A stretch of 64,000 nt of DNA from an uncultured Candidatus Saccharibacteria bacterium (GCA_964521955.1 CAZFTX010000002.1:28785-92784); one strand, 5' to 3'. Positions 18,449 to 28,820 are shown, counted from the first letter of the stretch. Numbers and translations: made by a program. Notes: generated by a model from the letters alone, not told the origin.

Positions 18449-19465
18449 TCAGTCTTGCTTCTTCTCCACCATTCTTAAAATTTCTTTTTTTACAGCCTCA
18501 CTGGTAATGGCCACAGACTTAAAATTCTTTTGTTTTTTTAAATAATTTTCAATCTCTTTTTTGGTTAAAAGCCCGTCTTGCGGACCCACTTTTTGCACAA
18601 CACTACCGGCATTGACCGGACCCCAAGTTAAAGCTTCAGAATGTTTCCTACCATAAAACAAAGCTGCTATGTATGCTGTGGTAAACCCGTCACCCGCTCC
18701 AGTAGCTTCAAGCCTGGGACCAGAAAATTCCGAACAATAGAAAAAACCTTCTTCGCTAAAAGAGTAAGCGCCTTTTCTGCCGTCAGTTAAAGCAATTGCC
18801 TTAGGTCCTAATTTTGCAAGTTTTGTACACAACTCTTCCGGATCACGACCACAGTCACCAACCCAACCCTGAGCTTCTTCTACGTTTAAAGAAAGTAGAC
18901 TGGTTCTTTTAAGTATGGCTTCATTTGCCTTTACTCCTTTCCTTAACTGAAAAGTTCCGGGATTAAAACCTAAATTCACTTTGTATTTGTCTATATATGT
19001 ACTCAAATCTTTATAAATACTTTCAAAACCTTCACCCATGCTGGTTAAATACACCCAAGAAGCGGGGACAAAATTTGGCAATTTATAGGACCTGTGTTCA
19101 TGAAAAACTAAAATTGTTCTCTCCCCGTTAAAACTAATTACGGTGGAGGCATTGGTTCCGTGAGTGTCGTCTAAAATAATATAGCGAGTAGAAACTTTTT
19201 CTTTTTGCATTTTATGCAAAATTTCCCTACCTCCGGTGTCATGAGCCAAGATGCTGTAAAAAGCTGTTGTTAAACCTAACCGTGCGCTACCCACAGCGTT
19301 GTTTGCCGCATTACCAGCAACGGTTCTGTACATTTTATCTACCGGCAATTTGTCTCCCCAACTTAAAATCGCTTTTTGTTTTCCCTGGATATTTTTTATT
19401 TCAATATCATGGATAAAAAGGAAAGTATCAATTGTCGCGTCACCAATAGAAATTATATCAAACAT
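18449..19465 (-). CDS. PfkB-family carbohydrate/ribokinase-like kinase
   Basis: 338 aa. GAGDGFTTAYI (PfkB signature 2). Confidence 0.7.
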   Translation of the reverse strand: MFDIISIGDATIDTFLFIHDIEIKNIQGKQKAILSWGDKLPVDKMYRTVAGNAANNAVGSARLGLTTAFYSILAHDTGGREILHKMQKEKVSTRYIILDDTHGTNASTVISFNGERTILVFHEHRSYKLPNFVPASWVYLTSMGEGFESIYKDLSTYIDKYKVNLGFNPGTFQLRKGVKANEAILKRTSLLSLNVEEAQGWVGDCGRDPEELCTKLAKLGPKAIALTDGRKGAYSFSEEGFFYCSEFSGPRLEATGAGDGFTTAYIAALFYGRKHSEALTWGPVNAGSVVQKVGPQDGLLTKKEIENYLKKQKNFKSVAITSEAVKKEILRMVEKKQD

Positions 19466-19601
19466 AGCTTCTTCAATATTATTCTCTCCAACCTGTCCGC
19501 CATAGTTTTATGCGAAGACGGATTTATGGGAAGATGTCCCACAAGGGGCAGAGAGATTAATATAAATTAGAATAATTAGGTCAATTAGAAATTAGAGTAA
19601 C

Positions 19602-20594
19602 TTATTGCTTTCTTGCTAGTGCTCTTTTAACCGCTTCAATTACACTTTTTACTCCCATACCATAAACTTCAATTAATTCTTCCGGCTGACCGCTTTCACC
19701 AAAACTGTTAGGCATACCTACCATTTCAACCGGAACCGGACAATGCTGGGCTAAAACTTCACACACAGCAGACCCTGCTCCGGCCATGGTTTGGTGCTCT
19801 TCTAAAGTTACGACTGCTCCACACTTTTTTGCAGCGGCAATAATAGTTTCAGAATCTATGGGTTTTATAGTATGGTTGTTTACCACCATAACAGAAATTC
19901 CTTCTTTTTCAAGTTCCATAGCCGCCACTAAACCGTTGTACAAAACAGGACCTGAAGCAATAATAGCCACATCTTTCCCCTCCCTAAAGATTTCTGCCTT
20001 ACCAAGTTTAAAGGGAGTTTCTATTGTGGTTATAACCGGCGTTTTAGACCTTCCAAGCCTAAAATAAGCAGGTCCTTGTACTCTCCCTAAAGCTACAACA
20101 GCTTTTCTTGTTTCAATTGCATCGCACGGTACCACAACTGTCAGGTTAGGTAAAACCCTTGTTATAGCAATATCTTCCAAAGCTTGATGAGTGGCGCCGT
20201 CTGGACCTACTGTTACACCCGTGTGTGCCCCAGCAATTTTTACATTTGCCTGACTATAACAAACACTAACCCTTAGCTGATCCCAAGAACGTCCCGGAGA
20301 AAAAGTTGCATAAGAAGACACAAATGGCACCTTACCCTCTAAAGCCATACCAGCTGCTATACCCATCATATTTTGTTCTGCCACACCACATTCTACAAAT
20401 CTTTCAGGATATTTTTTTGCAAAATCTAAAACCTGGGTGCTTTCTGCGAGGTCTGCCGTTAAGACAACCACCTGTTCGTTTTCTGCGGCCAAGTCTAAAA
20501 CACCTTGCCCGTAACCTTTACGCGTTGGTTCTTTTTCTACTTCCTCTTTTCCAATTTTTTCATTCAAATGAATCATAATGATACTGATATACAA
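19602..20594 (-). CDS. Transketolase, C-terminal subunit (pyrimidine-binding plus C-terminal domain)
   Basis: 330 aa, transketolase C-terminal half. Likely true start at MIHLNE (~20576). Confidence 0.8.
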   Translation of the reverse strand: MYISIIMIHLNEKIGKEEVEKEPTRKGYGQGVLDLAAENEQVVVLTADLAESTQVLDFAKKYPERFVECGVAEQNMMGIAAGMALEGKVPFVSSYATFSPGRSWDQLRVSVCYSQANVKIAGAHTGVTVGPDGATHQALEDIAITRVLPNLTVVVPCDAIETRKAVVALGRVQGPAYFRLGRSKTPVITTIETPFKLGKAEIFREGKDVAIIASGPVLYNGLVAAMELEKEGISVMVVNNHTIKPIDSETIIAAAKKCGAVVTLEEHQTMAGAGSAVCEVLAQHCPVPVEMVGMPNSFGESGQPEELIEVYGMGVKSVIEAVKRALARKQ

Positions 20595-20630
20595 ATAACT
20601 TTAATACGGATGAAACTGATAATACTGATT

Positions 20631-21035
20631 CTATTTTTTCCAATTATCAATTTTCACAACTCTTCTTGGTTTTATGTATTTATCTCTAAAGTTAACAATA
20701 ATAGCAATCTTTAATCCAGTTTCTTGTAAGTATCTTTGAACCTGGTAATAATCTTCTTTAGTTATTATTCTCTTAGCTTTTAATTCTAAAGCGACCTTAT
20801 TCTCTACTACAAAATCTAATATATTTACCAAATCTCCGATACGCTTTTCTCTTTCAAATTTAATATTTTTTTCTTTAAACATTCTTTCTACAACATCACC
20901 ATATTGCTTTTCTTTAGCATATTGACTTAATTCATTATGGGCTGAAAATAGTACCCCATTAATTTGATAAGTAAGCTCTTCAAAAAACAACCCTTCTTTT
21001 TTAAAATCTGTATTATCTGTATCATTAGTATTCAT
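20631..21035 (-). CDS. GxxExxY-family protein, copy 2, inserted between the two transketolase subunit genes
   Basis: 134 aa. ALELKAK, ITKEDYYQVQRYLQETGLKIAIIVNF. Paralogous to 16514..16900. Confidence 0.65.
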   Translation of the reverse strand: MNTNDTDNTDFKKEGLFFEELTYQINGVLFSAHNELSQYAKEKQYGDVVERMFKEKNIKFEREKRIGDLVNILDFVVENKVALELKAKRIITKEDYYQVQRYLQETGLKIAIIVNFRDKYIKPRRVVKIDNWKK

Positions 21036-21056
21036 ATCCGTATATCGGCATCATAT

Positions 21057-21899
21057 TTACAAATGCTCGCTGTCTATCTTTCCCCTCAAAGTCCTTAATT
21101 CGTCCAAAGCTTTTTTTGCTTGTTCTTTGTCCGGAGGCATACCATGCCATTTATAATCATTTTCCATAAAATCAACTCCCTTGCCAGGAATTGTATGGGC
21201 AATAATAACCGTTGGCTTTTCAAAAATTGTTTCCGCTTCCCTAAAGGCATTAATAATACTTTGCATATTATGACCGTCGACTTCCAACACATGCCAGTTA
21301 AAAGCTTCATATTTGGCTTTTAAATTTTCCAAAGGCATTACTTCTTCGGTATGTCCGTCTATTTGAATATTGTTTCTGTCAATCACCGCTGTTAAGTTAT
21401 GAAGTTTGTATTTACCCGCGAACATCACAGCTTCCCAAATTTGGCCTTCCTGCTGTTCACCGTCTGACATAACTAAATACACCCTATGCTTTAAATGGTT
21501 CATTCTCGCAGCCATAGCCATACCCACACCCAAACTTGCACCTTGAGCCAAAGGTCCGGAAGAAGTTTCCAAGCCAGGCAAACTCAAATTATGAGGATGA
21601 CCATGCAAGCGAGTTCCAAGCTTTCTTAAAGTTTTCAGTTCTGACTTTTCAAAATATCCAGCTTCCGCCAAGCTGGCGTAAAGCACAGGACAAATATGTC
21701 CGCACGAAAGTACCAGTCTGTCCCTACCTGGCATTTTTGGATTTTTTGGATCATGCTTTAGAACTTCAAAATAAAGTGCGGTAAAAACATCGGCCATACC
21801 CAAAGGTCCGGCACTGTGTCCGCTTCCTGCCTCAAGCAGCATTTCTATTATGTCCTGCCGAATGTCATTGGCTTTATATTTTAATTCCTCGATTGTCAT
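21057..21899 (-). CDS. Transketolase, N-terminal subunit (thiamine diphosphate-binding)
   Basis: TPP-binding GDG...N motif region. ORF track extends to 22010 but overlaps rpe; start taken at MTIEEL. Confidence 0.8.
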   Translation of the reverse strand: MTIEELKYKANDIRQDIIEMLLEAGSGHSAGPLGMADVFTALYFEVLKHDPKNPKMPGRDRLVLSCGHICPVLYASLAEAGYFEKSELKTLRKLGTRLHGHPHNLSLPGLETSSGPLAQGASLGVGMAMAARMNHLKHRVYLVMSDGEQQEGQIWEAVMFAGKYKLHNLTAVIDRNNIQIDGHTEEVMPLENLKAKYEAFNWHVLEVDGHNMQSIINAFREAETIFEKPTVIIAHTIPGKGVDFMENDYKWHGMPPDKEQAKKALDELRTLRGKIDSEHL

Positions 21900-21934
21900 T
21901 TTTATTTCTTGTGTTTGATTTTTGTTGTATTTTT

Positions 21935-22573
21935 TTACCCCATAGCTTCGTGTAAACGATCCCACGCTTCTAACATATTTGGAGCTTTTACCAAAGCCGA
22001 GCCAACACAAATTAGGTCCGCACCCGCGTTTTTTAGAGTTTTAATATTTGTTTCGTTTACTCCGCCGTCTACTTCAATTATAGCACGTGGCACTAACCTT
22101 CTTAAATTTTTTACTTTCTCTATAGTCAAAGGAATTAAATCCTGTCCTTGCTTACTCGGCACAACGCACATGACTAAAATTTGGTCTACTTGCAACCCTT
22201 TAACCACTTCAACTTCAGTACTAGGATTAATAGCTAATCCGGTTTTAAAACCCATTTCTTTCAATTTTTTAAAATTTTTCTTTAACTCACTGCTGGGACT
22301 AAAGGCTTCGTAATGTAAAATAATGGTTTTAAAACCGCAAATTTGAAAATCTAAAAAATCCTGAGGTTCTTTTACCATTAAGTGCGCTTCCCAATGAAAA
22401 CTAGGGTTAAGCGGGTCAATTTCAGCTGCATCTAAAAGCTTATTTTCAATGTATTTACCGTCGCCAAAATCAACCTGAATTATTTCAAGGTTAGGAAGTT
22501 TGACCACTCTGGACATGCGGTGGTTAAAATCCTCTTTGGTTTTTTCTAATATTGCCGGAACAATTATAGCCAT
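21935..22573 (-). CDS. rpe: Ribulose-phosphate 3-epimerase (TIM barrel)
   Basis: 212 aa. IVPAIL...IQVDFGDG pattern similar to Rpe. Pentose-phosphate context. Confidence 0.6.
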   Translation of the reverse strand: MAIIVPAILEKTKEDFNHRMSRVVKLPNLEIIQVDFGDGKYIENKLLDAAEIDPLNPSFHWEAHLMVKEPQDFLDFQICGFKTIILHYEAFSPSSELKKNFKKLKEMGFKTGLAINPSTEVEVVKGLQVDQILVMCVVPSKQGQDLIPLTIEKVKNLRRLVPRAIIEVDGGVNETNIKTLKNAGADLICVGSALVKAPNMLEAWDRLHEAMG

Positions 22574-22602
22574 AATGTTTTATTTTGAAGGAAAAACCAA
22601 AA

Positions 22603-23046
22603 TTAAGATTCAAAACTCGCAACTTTTTTTAAACGACGCTGATGTCTTGGAAGCTTAGAAAAAGAAGTATTCATAAATTTTAAAACAATTTTTAAAGCTT
22701 CACCTCTAGTTATGTAGTCACTAGGTAAACATACCACGTTTGCGTTGTCGTCTTTCCTTGAACTTGCCACATGTTTTTCACTCCAGGAAGTAATAGCCCT
22801 AACTCCTTTAAACTTATTTGCGGCAATGCACATACCCTGACCATTTCTACAAATTAAAACTCCTAAATTCTTACTTGGACTGTCTGCCACTTTAGCAGAA
22901 ACTTTTTTAGCAAAGTCCGGATAGTCATCTTCCGGGTCTAAAACAAAAGGCCCCAAGTCTTCTACCTTTATACGTTTTTTTTCTAACTCTCCGACTATGT
23001 AGTTTTTTAAACCAAAACCTCCGTGATCTGAAGCAATATATAACAT
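22603..23046 (-). CDS. rpiB: Ribose-5-phosphate isomerase B
   Basis: MLYIASDHGGFGLK is the RpiB/LacAB N-terminus. Confidence 0.8.
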   Translation of the reverse strand: MLYIASDHGGFGLKNYIVGELEKKRIKVEDLGPFVLDPEDDYPDFAKKVSAKVADSPSKNLGVLICRNGQGMCIAANKFKGVRAITSWSEKHVASSRKDDNANVVCLPSDYITRGEALKIVLKFMNTSFSKLPRHQRRLKKVASFES

Positions 23047-23084
23047 ACAAATTAGCTTATCTGCCGATCCGCTGATCAGCTGAC

Positions 23085-23786
23085 TTACATATTAATAATT
23101 TGATTAAAATGTGATGGGATTAAACTTGCACCCCCAGGAAGCAAACCGTCTATATTCGGCTGTTCCAAAAAACTTTGTGCATTATTCAAATTTACACTTC
23201 CACCATAAATCACTTTGGAAACTTTATATCTGTTCTTAATATAAATTGAAATTTTTTCTGCGTGTTCAGGGGTAGCTACTTTTTTAGTGGCATAAGGATC
23301 TCCGGACGAAATAGCCCAAACAGGCTCGTATGCCACCACAACCTTGCTTGCATCCAAATGAAAAAGTCCTGTGTCCAACTGTTTTCTTAAAACATCTACC
23401 ACTTCCAGGTCATCCTGCTCAACTGTTGTTCCAAAACCCACACATAATACCGGAACAATCCCTGCTTCAATTAAAGCTTTAATTTTTAAATTTACATGCT
23501 CGTCAGTTTCACCCACCGCCCTCTTTTCACTGTGCCCTACCAAACAATACCGAACTTTCATACCCTTTAGCTGTTTTGGAGAAGTTTGACCGGTAAAAGG
23601 CCCTTTCTCTGTCCAAAAACAATCCTGTGCCCCTAGGTTTGGATAATCTATTTCTGATATATATATAGTTGGCGGACAAATTACCACTGTATTTTTAGCC
23701 CTTCTTTCAATAGACGCTGCAAGTTTTTTTGCGTCTTTAAGAGTTGAGGGATTCATTTTCCAATTGCCAATAATTAACTTTTTCAT
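23085..23786 (-). CDS. tpiA: Triosephosphate isomerase
   Basis: IIGNWKMN, AYEPVWAI, GGS. Confidence 0.85.
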   Translation of the reverse strand: MKKLIIGNWKMNPSTLKDAKKLAASIERRAKNTVVICPPTIYISEIDYPNLGAQDCFWTEKGPFTGQTSPKQLKGMKVRYCLVGHSEKRAVGETDEHVNLKIKALIEAGIVPVLCVGFGTTVEQDDLEVVDVLRKQLDTGLFHLDASKVVVAYEPVWAISSGDPYATKKVATPEHAEKISIYIKNRYKVSKVIYGGSVNLNNAQSFLEQPNIDGLLPGGASLIPSHFNQIINM

Positions 23787-23789
23787 AGC

Positions 23790-24806
23790 TTATTCGTTAC
23801 CTTTTAAAAATTTAGCGCTCACTTCCGGAGGAATTGGGTTTACCGGTATTCCTGTTGCAAACTCAAACCCTGCCCAAATGGTTATACGCGGAAAAATAGT
23901 TAAATGCCAATGATATTCTTTTTCACTATAACCACTATGATTCGTTTTAATATTATTTATAGGCAAAGTATGAATATAAAAATTCAGAGGCGGATCTGAA
24001 AGTTTAGTGTAAAGCTGTCCTAAAGTAACTTTTAAAACAAAGGAGAGATGTTGAATTTCTTTTTCACTCATGTCTTCAAACCTCGCTCCATGCGTTTTAG
24101 GCAATACCCAGGTTTCAAAAGGACTTCTGGAAGCATATGCGGAAATTACTACAAAATGTTCGCTTTCATAAACCAGTCTCTCTTTAGCCAAAATTTCTTC
24201 TTTAATAATGTCACAATATGCACAAGAACCGTTAGCCTGATAATAATGATAGCAACCTAAAATTTCGCTATGCACATGAGGTGGAACAATCGGGGTAGCA
24301 ATTAACTGATAATGAGGGTGAATTATGCTTGCACCAGCGTCCCTTCCATGATTGTGAAAAACTTGAACATATGCTAATTCCGGATGTTTAGCTAATTCTT
24401 TGTAACGATGAATGAAAGTTTTAATAGAAAGCTCAACTGTTGTAATTGACTGAAGAGCTACGGGCTCGTTATGTTTTTTGGTGATAATTACTTCGTGATC
24501 CCCGTCCCCGGAATGAGAAATGTAAAAATCCTTTTTAGTAAAATCCTTAACATGATCCAAAGAAGCAAATTTATTTTTTATTACCCTAATCTCCCAATCC
24601 TTACTTCTGGTTTTTTTTCCTACTTTATCAAATCTCTCAATTTCCTCATTTAATTCTTCATGTCCACTACAAAAAACACAAGTTGGGTCTTCTTCTGGCA
24701 CACCATGCATAACCGAATAAGTATGATACTCATCCGGCCTTTTGCTTCTAGACGGAGCAATTAGCACCCAGTTTTTTGTTATTGGATTTTGTCGAAATTC
24801 ACTCAT
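23790..24806 (-). CDS. galT: Galactose-1-phosphate uridylyltransferase (HIT-like)
   Basis: CVFCSGHE zinc motif and HPHYQ active-site HxHxQ. Confidence 0.75.
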   Translation of the reverse strand: MSEFRQNPITKNWVLIAPSRSKRPDEYHTYSVMHGVPEEDPTCVFCSGHEELNEEIERFDKVGKKTRSKDWEIRVIKNKFASLDHVKDFTKKDFYISHSGDGDHEVIITKKHNEPVALQSITTVELSIKTFIHRYKELAKHPELAYVQVFHNHGRDAGASIIHPHYQLIATPIVPPHVHSEILGCYHYYQANGSCAYCDIIKEEILAKERLVYESEHFVVISAYASRSPFETWVLPKTHGARFEDMSEKEIQHLSFVLKVTLGQLYTKLSDPPLNFYIHTLPINNIKTNHSGYSEKEYHWHLTIFPRITIWAGFEFATGIPVNPIPPEVSAKFLKGNE

Positions 24807-24950
24807 TTGGTTTTTTTAGAATGAAGATCCGCCCGAAGCCCTTTGGGCGAAGGAGGACCGAAATTCTGACATAAATGAATACTGAATCTAGAATGACGAA
24901 TTATGAATGGGACTGCAGATTTTAAATTCATAATTCATGACTCTTACTTC

Positions 24951-25337
24951 TTAATTCGCTTTTTGCTTGTCTAAATAATTTTGCAAAATAATCTGCGCTG
25001 CTAAACTGTCTACTTTTTTTCTACCGCCTGGTAAATTTCCGGCCATTTGTGAAGAAAGCCTTTCGTCCATAACTTCCACTTTCAAACCAGTCTTATTTTC
25101 AAGTTTTAACTTAAAATTTTCAACTTCCTTGGTTTTTTCAGTTTGCTCTCCGGACATGTTTAAAGGCCAACCTAAAACAATTAAGTTAAGATTGTGTTCT
25201 TTTATTAAGTTTAAAATTTGTTTCCAAAATTCATTTGGGCTTAAAATTTCAAGCTCCCTAGCCAAAGTTAAACTTTCGTCAGAAACTGCCAAACCAATTC
25301 GTTTTTCGCCGTAATCTATGCCTAAAATTTTGTGCAT
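24951..25337 (-). CDS. ruvX: Holliday junction resolvase-like YqgF/RuvX
   Basis: ILGIDYGEKRIGLAVSD N-terminus, 128 aa. Confidence 0.8.
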   Translation of the reverse strand: MHKILGIDYGEKRIGLAVSDESLTLARELEILSPNEFWKQILNLIKEHNLNLIVLGWPLNMSGEQTEKTKEVENFKLKLENKTGLKVEVMDERLSSQMAGNLPGGRKKVDSLAAQIILQNYLDKQKAN

Positions 25338-25415
25338 TTTGCCTATATTTATGTAATATATTATACCATATTTAAAAATCCCTTCAAAATTTTGAAGGGA
25401 TTTTTCTATTTTTAA

Positions 25416-27131
25416 CTATGGTGTTTCTGGAGGTGAACCAAGAGTTTGATCCAAAGGCTCTTGAGGCGTGAATTCTTCACAGCCCCTTGGGAAGCTAGCA
25501 CATTCTTGCTGAATTAAGTCTTCCCTATCAGGAGGTGGAGGAGGATCTTGAAAATTTGAACTGCCGACTGGTAAAACAGGAGAAATTTGAGCTGTTGCTA
25601 AACATGTGGACTGTTCTTTTAATACCCCAACTACTCCGCCATTTTGAGTCGCACCTTTAAACACAAACTGGTTAACTAAAGACTGGGTCAAACCGGAAAC
25701 AATGGTTTTAATAAAACTACTAGCATTAGCAATACCTAAGTTAAAGGCATTTTGAAAAGCTGCTTTTTGACTACTAACTATGCTGTTAATAGAGTTAGTT
25801 ATACCTTTGGACAACGTATCCCTGGGAGTTTTAAGACCGGAACTAGAAAGTTCTTTATCCGCAGCTTTTTCTGCCTCTGACTTAGTTGCAGCCGCTAAAT
25901 CTTCAAAATAAAGCCTCCAACCACTTTCAGAAGACATAAAGTCGCCCACTTTTGCTAACTTTTGGAAATATTTTGGATCGTTAGGGTCTAAAGTCCTTGG
26001 GTCAAAACCTAAATAAGTCTGAGCCTTGGCTTGAAAAACTGGTTTTAGGTCGTTGGGTTGTGCACCACACGAAAACTGGGGGATAAACCTTTTTACAATT
26101 TGCCTGTCCAACTGGTTAGAAACGTATTTTGTTAAATAATCCTGAGTATACTGTCCGCTAATAAGCGCGTCAGAATAAAACAAAAAGTTTGCTACCAAGT
26201 AATTCTGTTCAATTTTAGCAATAAACTTTGTTAAAAATTGGCTCATAAACTGAGCAGTCGCCGCAACCAACCCTTCTTTAACCGCATCCATTATAATTCT
26301 TGGAATATCACCAATAGTAATTGTCACATCACCGACTCCGAAAAGTGCATGGGCAGTTTTTATAAAAGCAAACCCTTTATTGTTTCCTTTTTCTGCAACA
26401 TAGTAGGGCGTAATTTGCGCATCGGTAATTTTGTACCCACCTGCTAAACGCGTAAGTTCTGTACCATAATCTCTCATGGAATCATTCACAGCCACCAGGG
26501 CTTGATATACGCTCGGCCAAGGATCCTGATTTTCTTCCACCGTAAACTTTTCAGCGTCGTTGACAACATTGCCGTAAGCCACAAAAGAACCAACCAAAGC
26601 TTTATGTAAAGCCAAAGCTTCACTTGGAACCGGGGTTTGATAAAGTTCTTTTAAAATAGTTTTAAACTCTGTATTTACTCTCTTTACTTCATTTAAGTCT
26701 TTGGAAAACAAGGCTTCGTTTGCTCCAGCAGTTTTACTGCCAAAAACCAAACCCAAACCTGCTGACTTAGACAAGTAATCCACAAAGCCTGCTTCTCCAC
26801 TATTTTCAACAACAATTAAATCTGAGGTTTTTATTTCCGGTTTTTTTACTGGTTCATTAGCTTTTAGTTGGGCGATCACTTCTTTTTCTATATCTGCTTC
26901 AGTAAAAAGCTCCTGGAAAAGCTCTTTACTTGCAACTGAGTCTATTTTTAAAGTCTCTAAATACTTAGCATAAGCCAACCGGTCAGCCTCTTCCTGAGCT
27001 TGTAGCTTTTTGTAGTCGTTCTGGTCTACATACCTAAAATCTGGTCTGCTTAAAAGCGAAACCAAACTTAAAATCAGTATTAAAACCACTGCGGTTACAA
27101 AGTATTGTTTTTGTTCTTTTGTTTCTAACAT
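25416..27131 (-). CDS. Hypothetical membrane-anchored/secreted protein with Pro-rich C-terminus (571 aa)
   Basis: N-terminal transmembrane segment. No catalytic motif recognised. Confidence 0.4.
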   Translation of the reverse strand: MLETKEQKQYFVTAVVLILILSLVSLLSRPDFRYVDQNDYKKLQAQEEADRLAYAKYLETLKIDSVASKELFQELFTEADIEKEVIAQLKANEPVKKPEIKTSDLIVVENSGEAGFVDYLSKSAGLGLVFGSKTAGANEALFSKDLNEVKRVNTEFKTILKELYQTPVPSEALALHKALVGSFVAYGNVVNDAEKFTVEENQDPWPSVYQALVAVNDSMRDYGTELTRLAGGYKITDAQITPYYVAEKGNNKGFAFIKTAHALFGVGDVTITIGDIPRIIMDAVKEGLVAATAQFMSQFLTKFIAKIEQNYLVANFLFYSDALISGQYTQDYLTKYVSNQLDRQIVKRFIPQFSCGAQPNDLKPVFQAKAQTYLGFDPRTLDPNDPKYFQKLAKVGDFMSSESGWRLYFEDLAAATKSEAEKAADKELSSSGLKTPRDTLSKGITNSINSIVSSQKAAFQNAFNLGIANASSFIKTIVSGLTQSLVNQFVFKGATQNGGVVGVLKEQSTCLATAQISPVLPVGSSNFQDPPPPPDREDLIQQECASFPRGCEEFTPQEPLDQTLGSPPETP

Positions 27132-27384
27132 ATTGATAGCCCTTTCAATTTTTCCGCCCTCTCCTGCTAAGGAGAGGGAAAGCCGGCAGGCTGGGGTGAG
27201 GTTTTTTTGAAAGGTATTCTCCTTTTATTATACCACATAAATAGCATAGCACATTGTTATTGTTTCTCTCTCCAATACATGGGAGAGGGTTAGCTTGTCC
27301 GCCGTAGCTTTAGCGTAGGAGGAGGATGAGGTCGAAACTAGATAAACCTCAATATTTACAAGCATTTTTCCATCTGCGCAATTC

Positions 27385-27413
27385 TTGACAAATCCCCATA
27401 AAAATGATATAAT
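27385..27413 (+). promoter_or_regulatory. Consensus sigma70-type promoter TTGACA-17 nt-TATAAT driving islet 2
   Basis: TTGACA at 27385-27390, 17-nt spacer, TATAAT at 27408-27413, read directly. Confidence 0.6.
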
Positions 27414-27515
27414 AGTGAATAATTTTATTGTTTGGAAATTGCTCATTTTGTGGTCAATTTTTTCTCAGTAACCAAGTAAGATCCAAGGAAACTGAGAAAC
27501 GGTAGGAGGTTTTTT

Positions 27516-27947
27516 ATGATTAAGAGGTTCAAGCTTGAACCGGGAATGTTCGGTGACGAACGGCAGTCGATCAAGGCCCTGGGGAGCGGCGGTAGCTGGG
27601 ACTTACGTTTTGGCCAAAACCGTGCGGACTGTTTTGTCCGCAACGCAAACTGGTACAACGGCCGCGGCGAAAAAATTGGACGAGGCGACTTGTCCTTACG
27701 CGATTTGTACGGGATTTCATGTTCAATCTTGGACGATGAAATCTTCATCATCGTTCCAGGACACGAACTGCCGCGAAGCGACAAAGAAGTCGCCGGCAAA
27801 GCCGAGTACGCCGTCATGTTCGGGGGAAAGTACTTCCTCGTGAACAGCAATGGTCAACGTGGTCAACACCGGGTGCGAGCAATGGACTTTGAGATCATCC
27901 CTCACACCAGCCTGCTCGGCAAAATGCAGCTGCCGGCCACCGCCTAA
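27516..27947 (+). CDS. Islet-2 protein A, hypothetical 143 aa (no recognised family)
   Basis: AGGAGG at 27504-27509 with a 6-nt spacer to the ATG. High GC. The overlapping antisense ORFs 27443..27850(-) and 27535..27843(+) lack signals. Confidence 0.5.
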   Translation: MIKRFKLEPGMFGDERQSIKALGSGGSWDLRFGQNRADCFVRNANWYNGRGEKIGRGDLSLRDLYGISCSILDDEIFIIVPGHELPRSDKEVAGKAEYAVMFGGKYFLVNSNGQRGQHRVRAMDFEIIPHTSLLGKMQLPATA

Positions 27948-27952
27948 CCTAT

Positions 27953-28323
27953 CCCAAGAGGTCACTTGGGAAAGCACGGGGAACTGCCACGTTCCCCTAC
28001 CCTTCTAAGTTCACTATTTCGATAATGAATTTAAAAGGGGGGCTAGCTCACAATGCTAAAAGCACTGAGCATAAACTAGACTCTCTTCGGTGCACAGCCG
28101 GGAGGGGGCGCCGCAAAAGGCGTTTAACTTATCTGTGCAAGACCCTTGTTTTAGCGCCACAAGGCGCTCAATAGCAATAACCCTCATAGCACGGAGGAAC
28201 GTACCATGTAAGTCACCCGGGCGTAGTCAAGCAGTATCCGACTACGCCCACCCTTCTAAGTTTGTCACTTGATGATAAGTTTAAAAGGGTAAAACCCTAT
28301 ATCTCAACGTTCAGGAGGAAACA
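27953..28323 (+). ncRNA. Hairpin-rich intergenic region with two hairpin plus ~40-nt direct-repeat modules (CCCTTCTAAGTT...TTTAAAAGGG) flanking a ~200-nt core with at least 5 hairpins. Candidate structured RNA or regulatory array.
   Basis: Hairpins at 27978-27997 and 28219-28249, each followed by a module (27999-28040; 28250-28290). Further hairpins include AGCGCC-acaa-GGCGCT and GCTCA...TGAGC. Confidence 0.35.
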
Positions 28324-28755
28324 ATGCCACAGGCATTCAAAGATTTTTACTGGGATTTGGCTAAGACGCTCTTAACCGGGCTCGGTTGGTCAGTTCTGGG
28401 ACTGCTCATTGGTCTCAATGAGACCTTTGACACCAGCAAGGTCCACGCTGACAACTTCTGGGCTGCTGCCATGTTCTACGGTTTATGGACGGGGTACAAA
28501 CTCGTCTACGGCACCGAGGGAAGACTACGCCTCATCAAATCAATGCTACTTATCCTGCCAATCATGGGGCTTTCAGCACTCTTTGTCCCGCGCTGGCTGG
28601 GCAACTCGCACATCCCTTTGGGGTGGTTTAGTTGGTTCATGACCTACGGGTTGTGGACTGCGGGCTTAGGTTGTGGAGCAGTCTTTGCCACAACTTTGAG
28701 CCTGACTGTAGCGGGGGTAAACCACCTTAGGCAGTGGTTTTCAGCGGAGAACTGA
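28324..28755 (+). CDS. Islet-2 protein B, hypothetical 4-transmembrane membrane protein (143 aa)
   Basis: AGGAGG at 28313-28318 with a 5-nt spacer. Four hydrophobic helices, Trp/Gly-rich. Confidence 0.5.
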   Translation: MPQAFKDFYWDLAKTLLTGLGWSVLGLLIGLNETFDTSKVHADNFWAAAMFYGLWTGYKLVYGTEGRLRLIKSMLLILPIMGLSALFVPRWLGNSHIPLGWFSWFMTYGLWTAGLGCGAVFATTLSLTVAGVNHLRQWFSAEN

Positions 28756-28769
28756 GACCTTCCGCCCTA

Positions 28770-28820
28770 CCCGGGAGTCGCGCAATGCGCGCGACTCCCG
28801 GGTATTTCTTTTTTATTTTA
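28770..28820 (+). terminator. Rho-independent terminator (14-bp perfect stem CCCGGGAGTCGCGC / GCGCGACTCCCGGG plus T-run)
   Basis: Read directly. Followed by the 18-bp perfect palindrome TTGTCGCAATTGCGACAA at 28849-28866. Confidence 0.75.

Noticed and set aside
27443-27850. ORF-track entries 27443..27850(-), 27228..27446(-), 27535..27843(+), 27723..27977(-), 28090..28272(+), 28409..28642(+) inside islet 2
   Set aside because: They overlap the SD-preceded ORFs 27516..27947 and 28324..28755 or the hairpin-rich intergenic region. They lack start signals and are typical GC-rich shadow ORFs.
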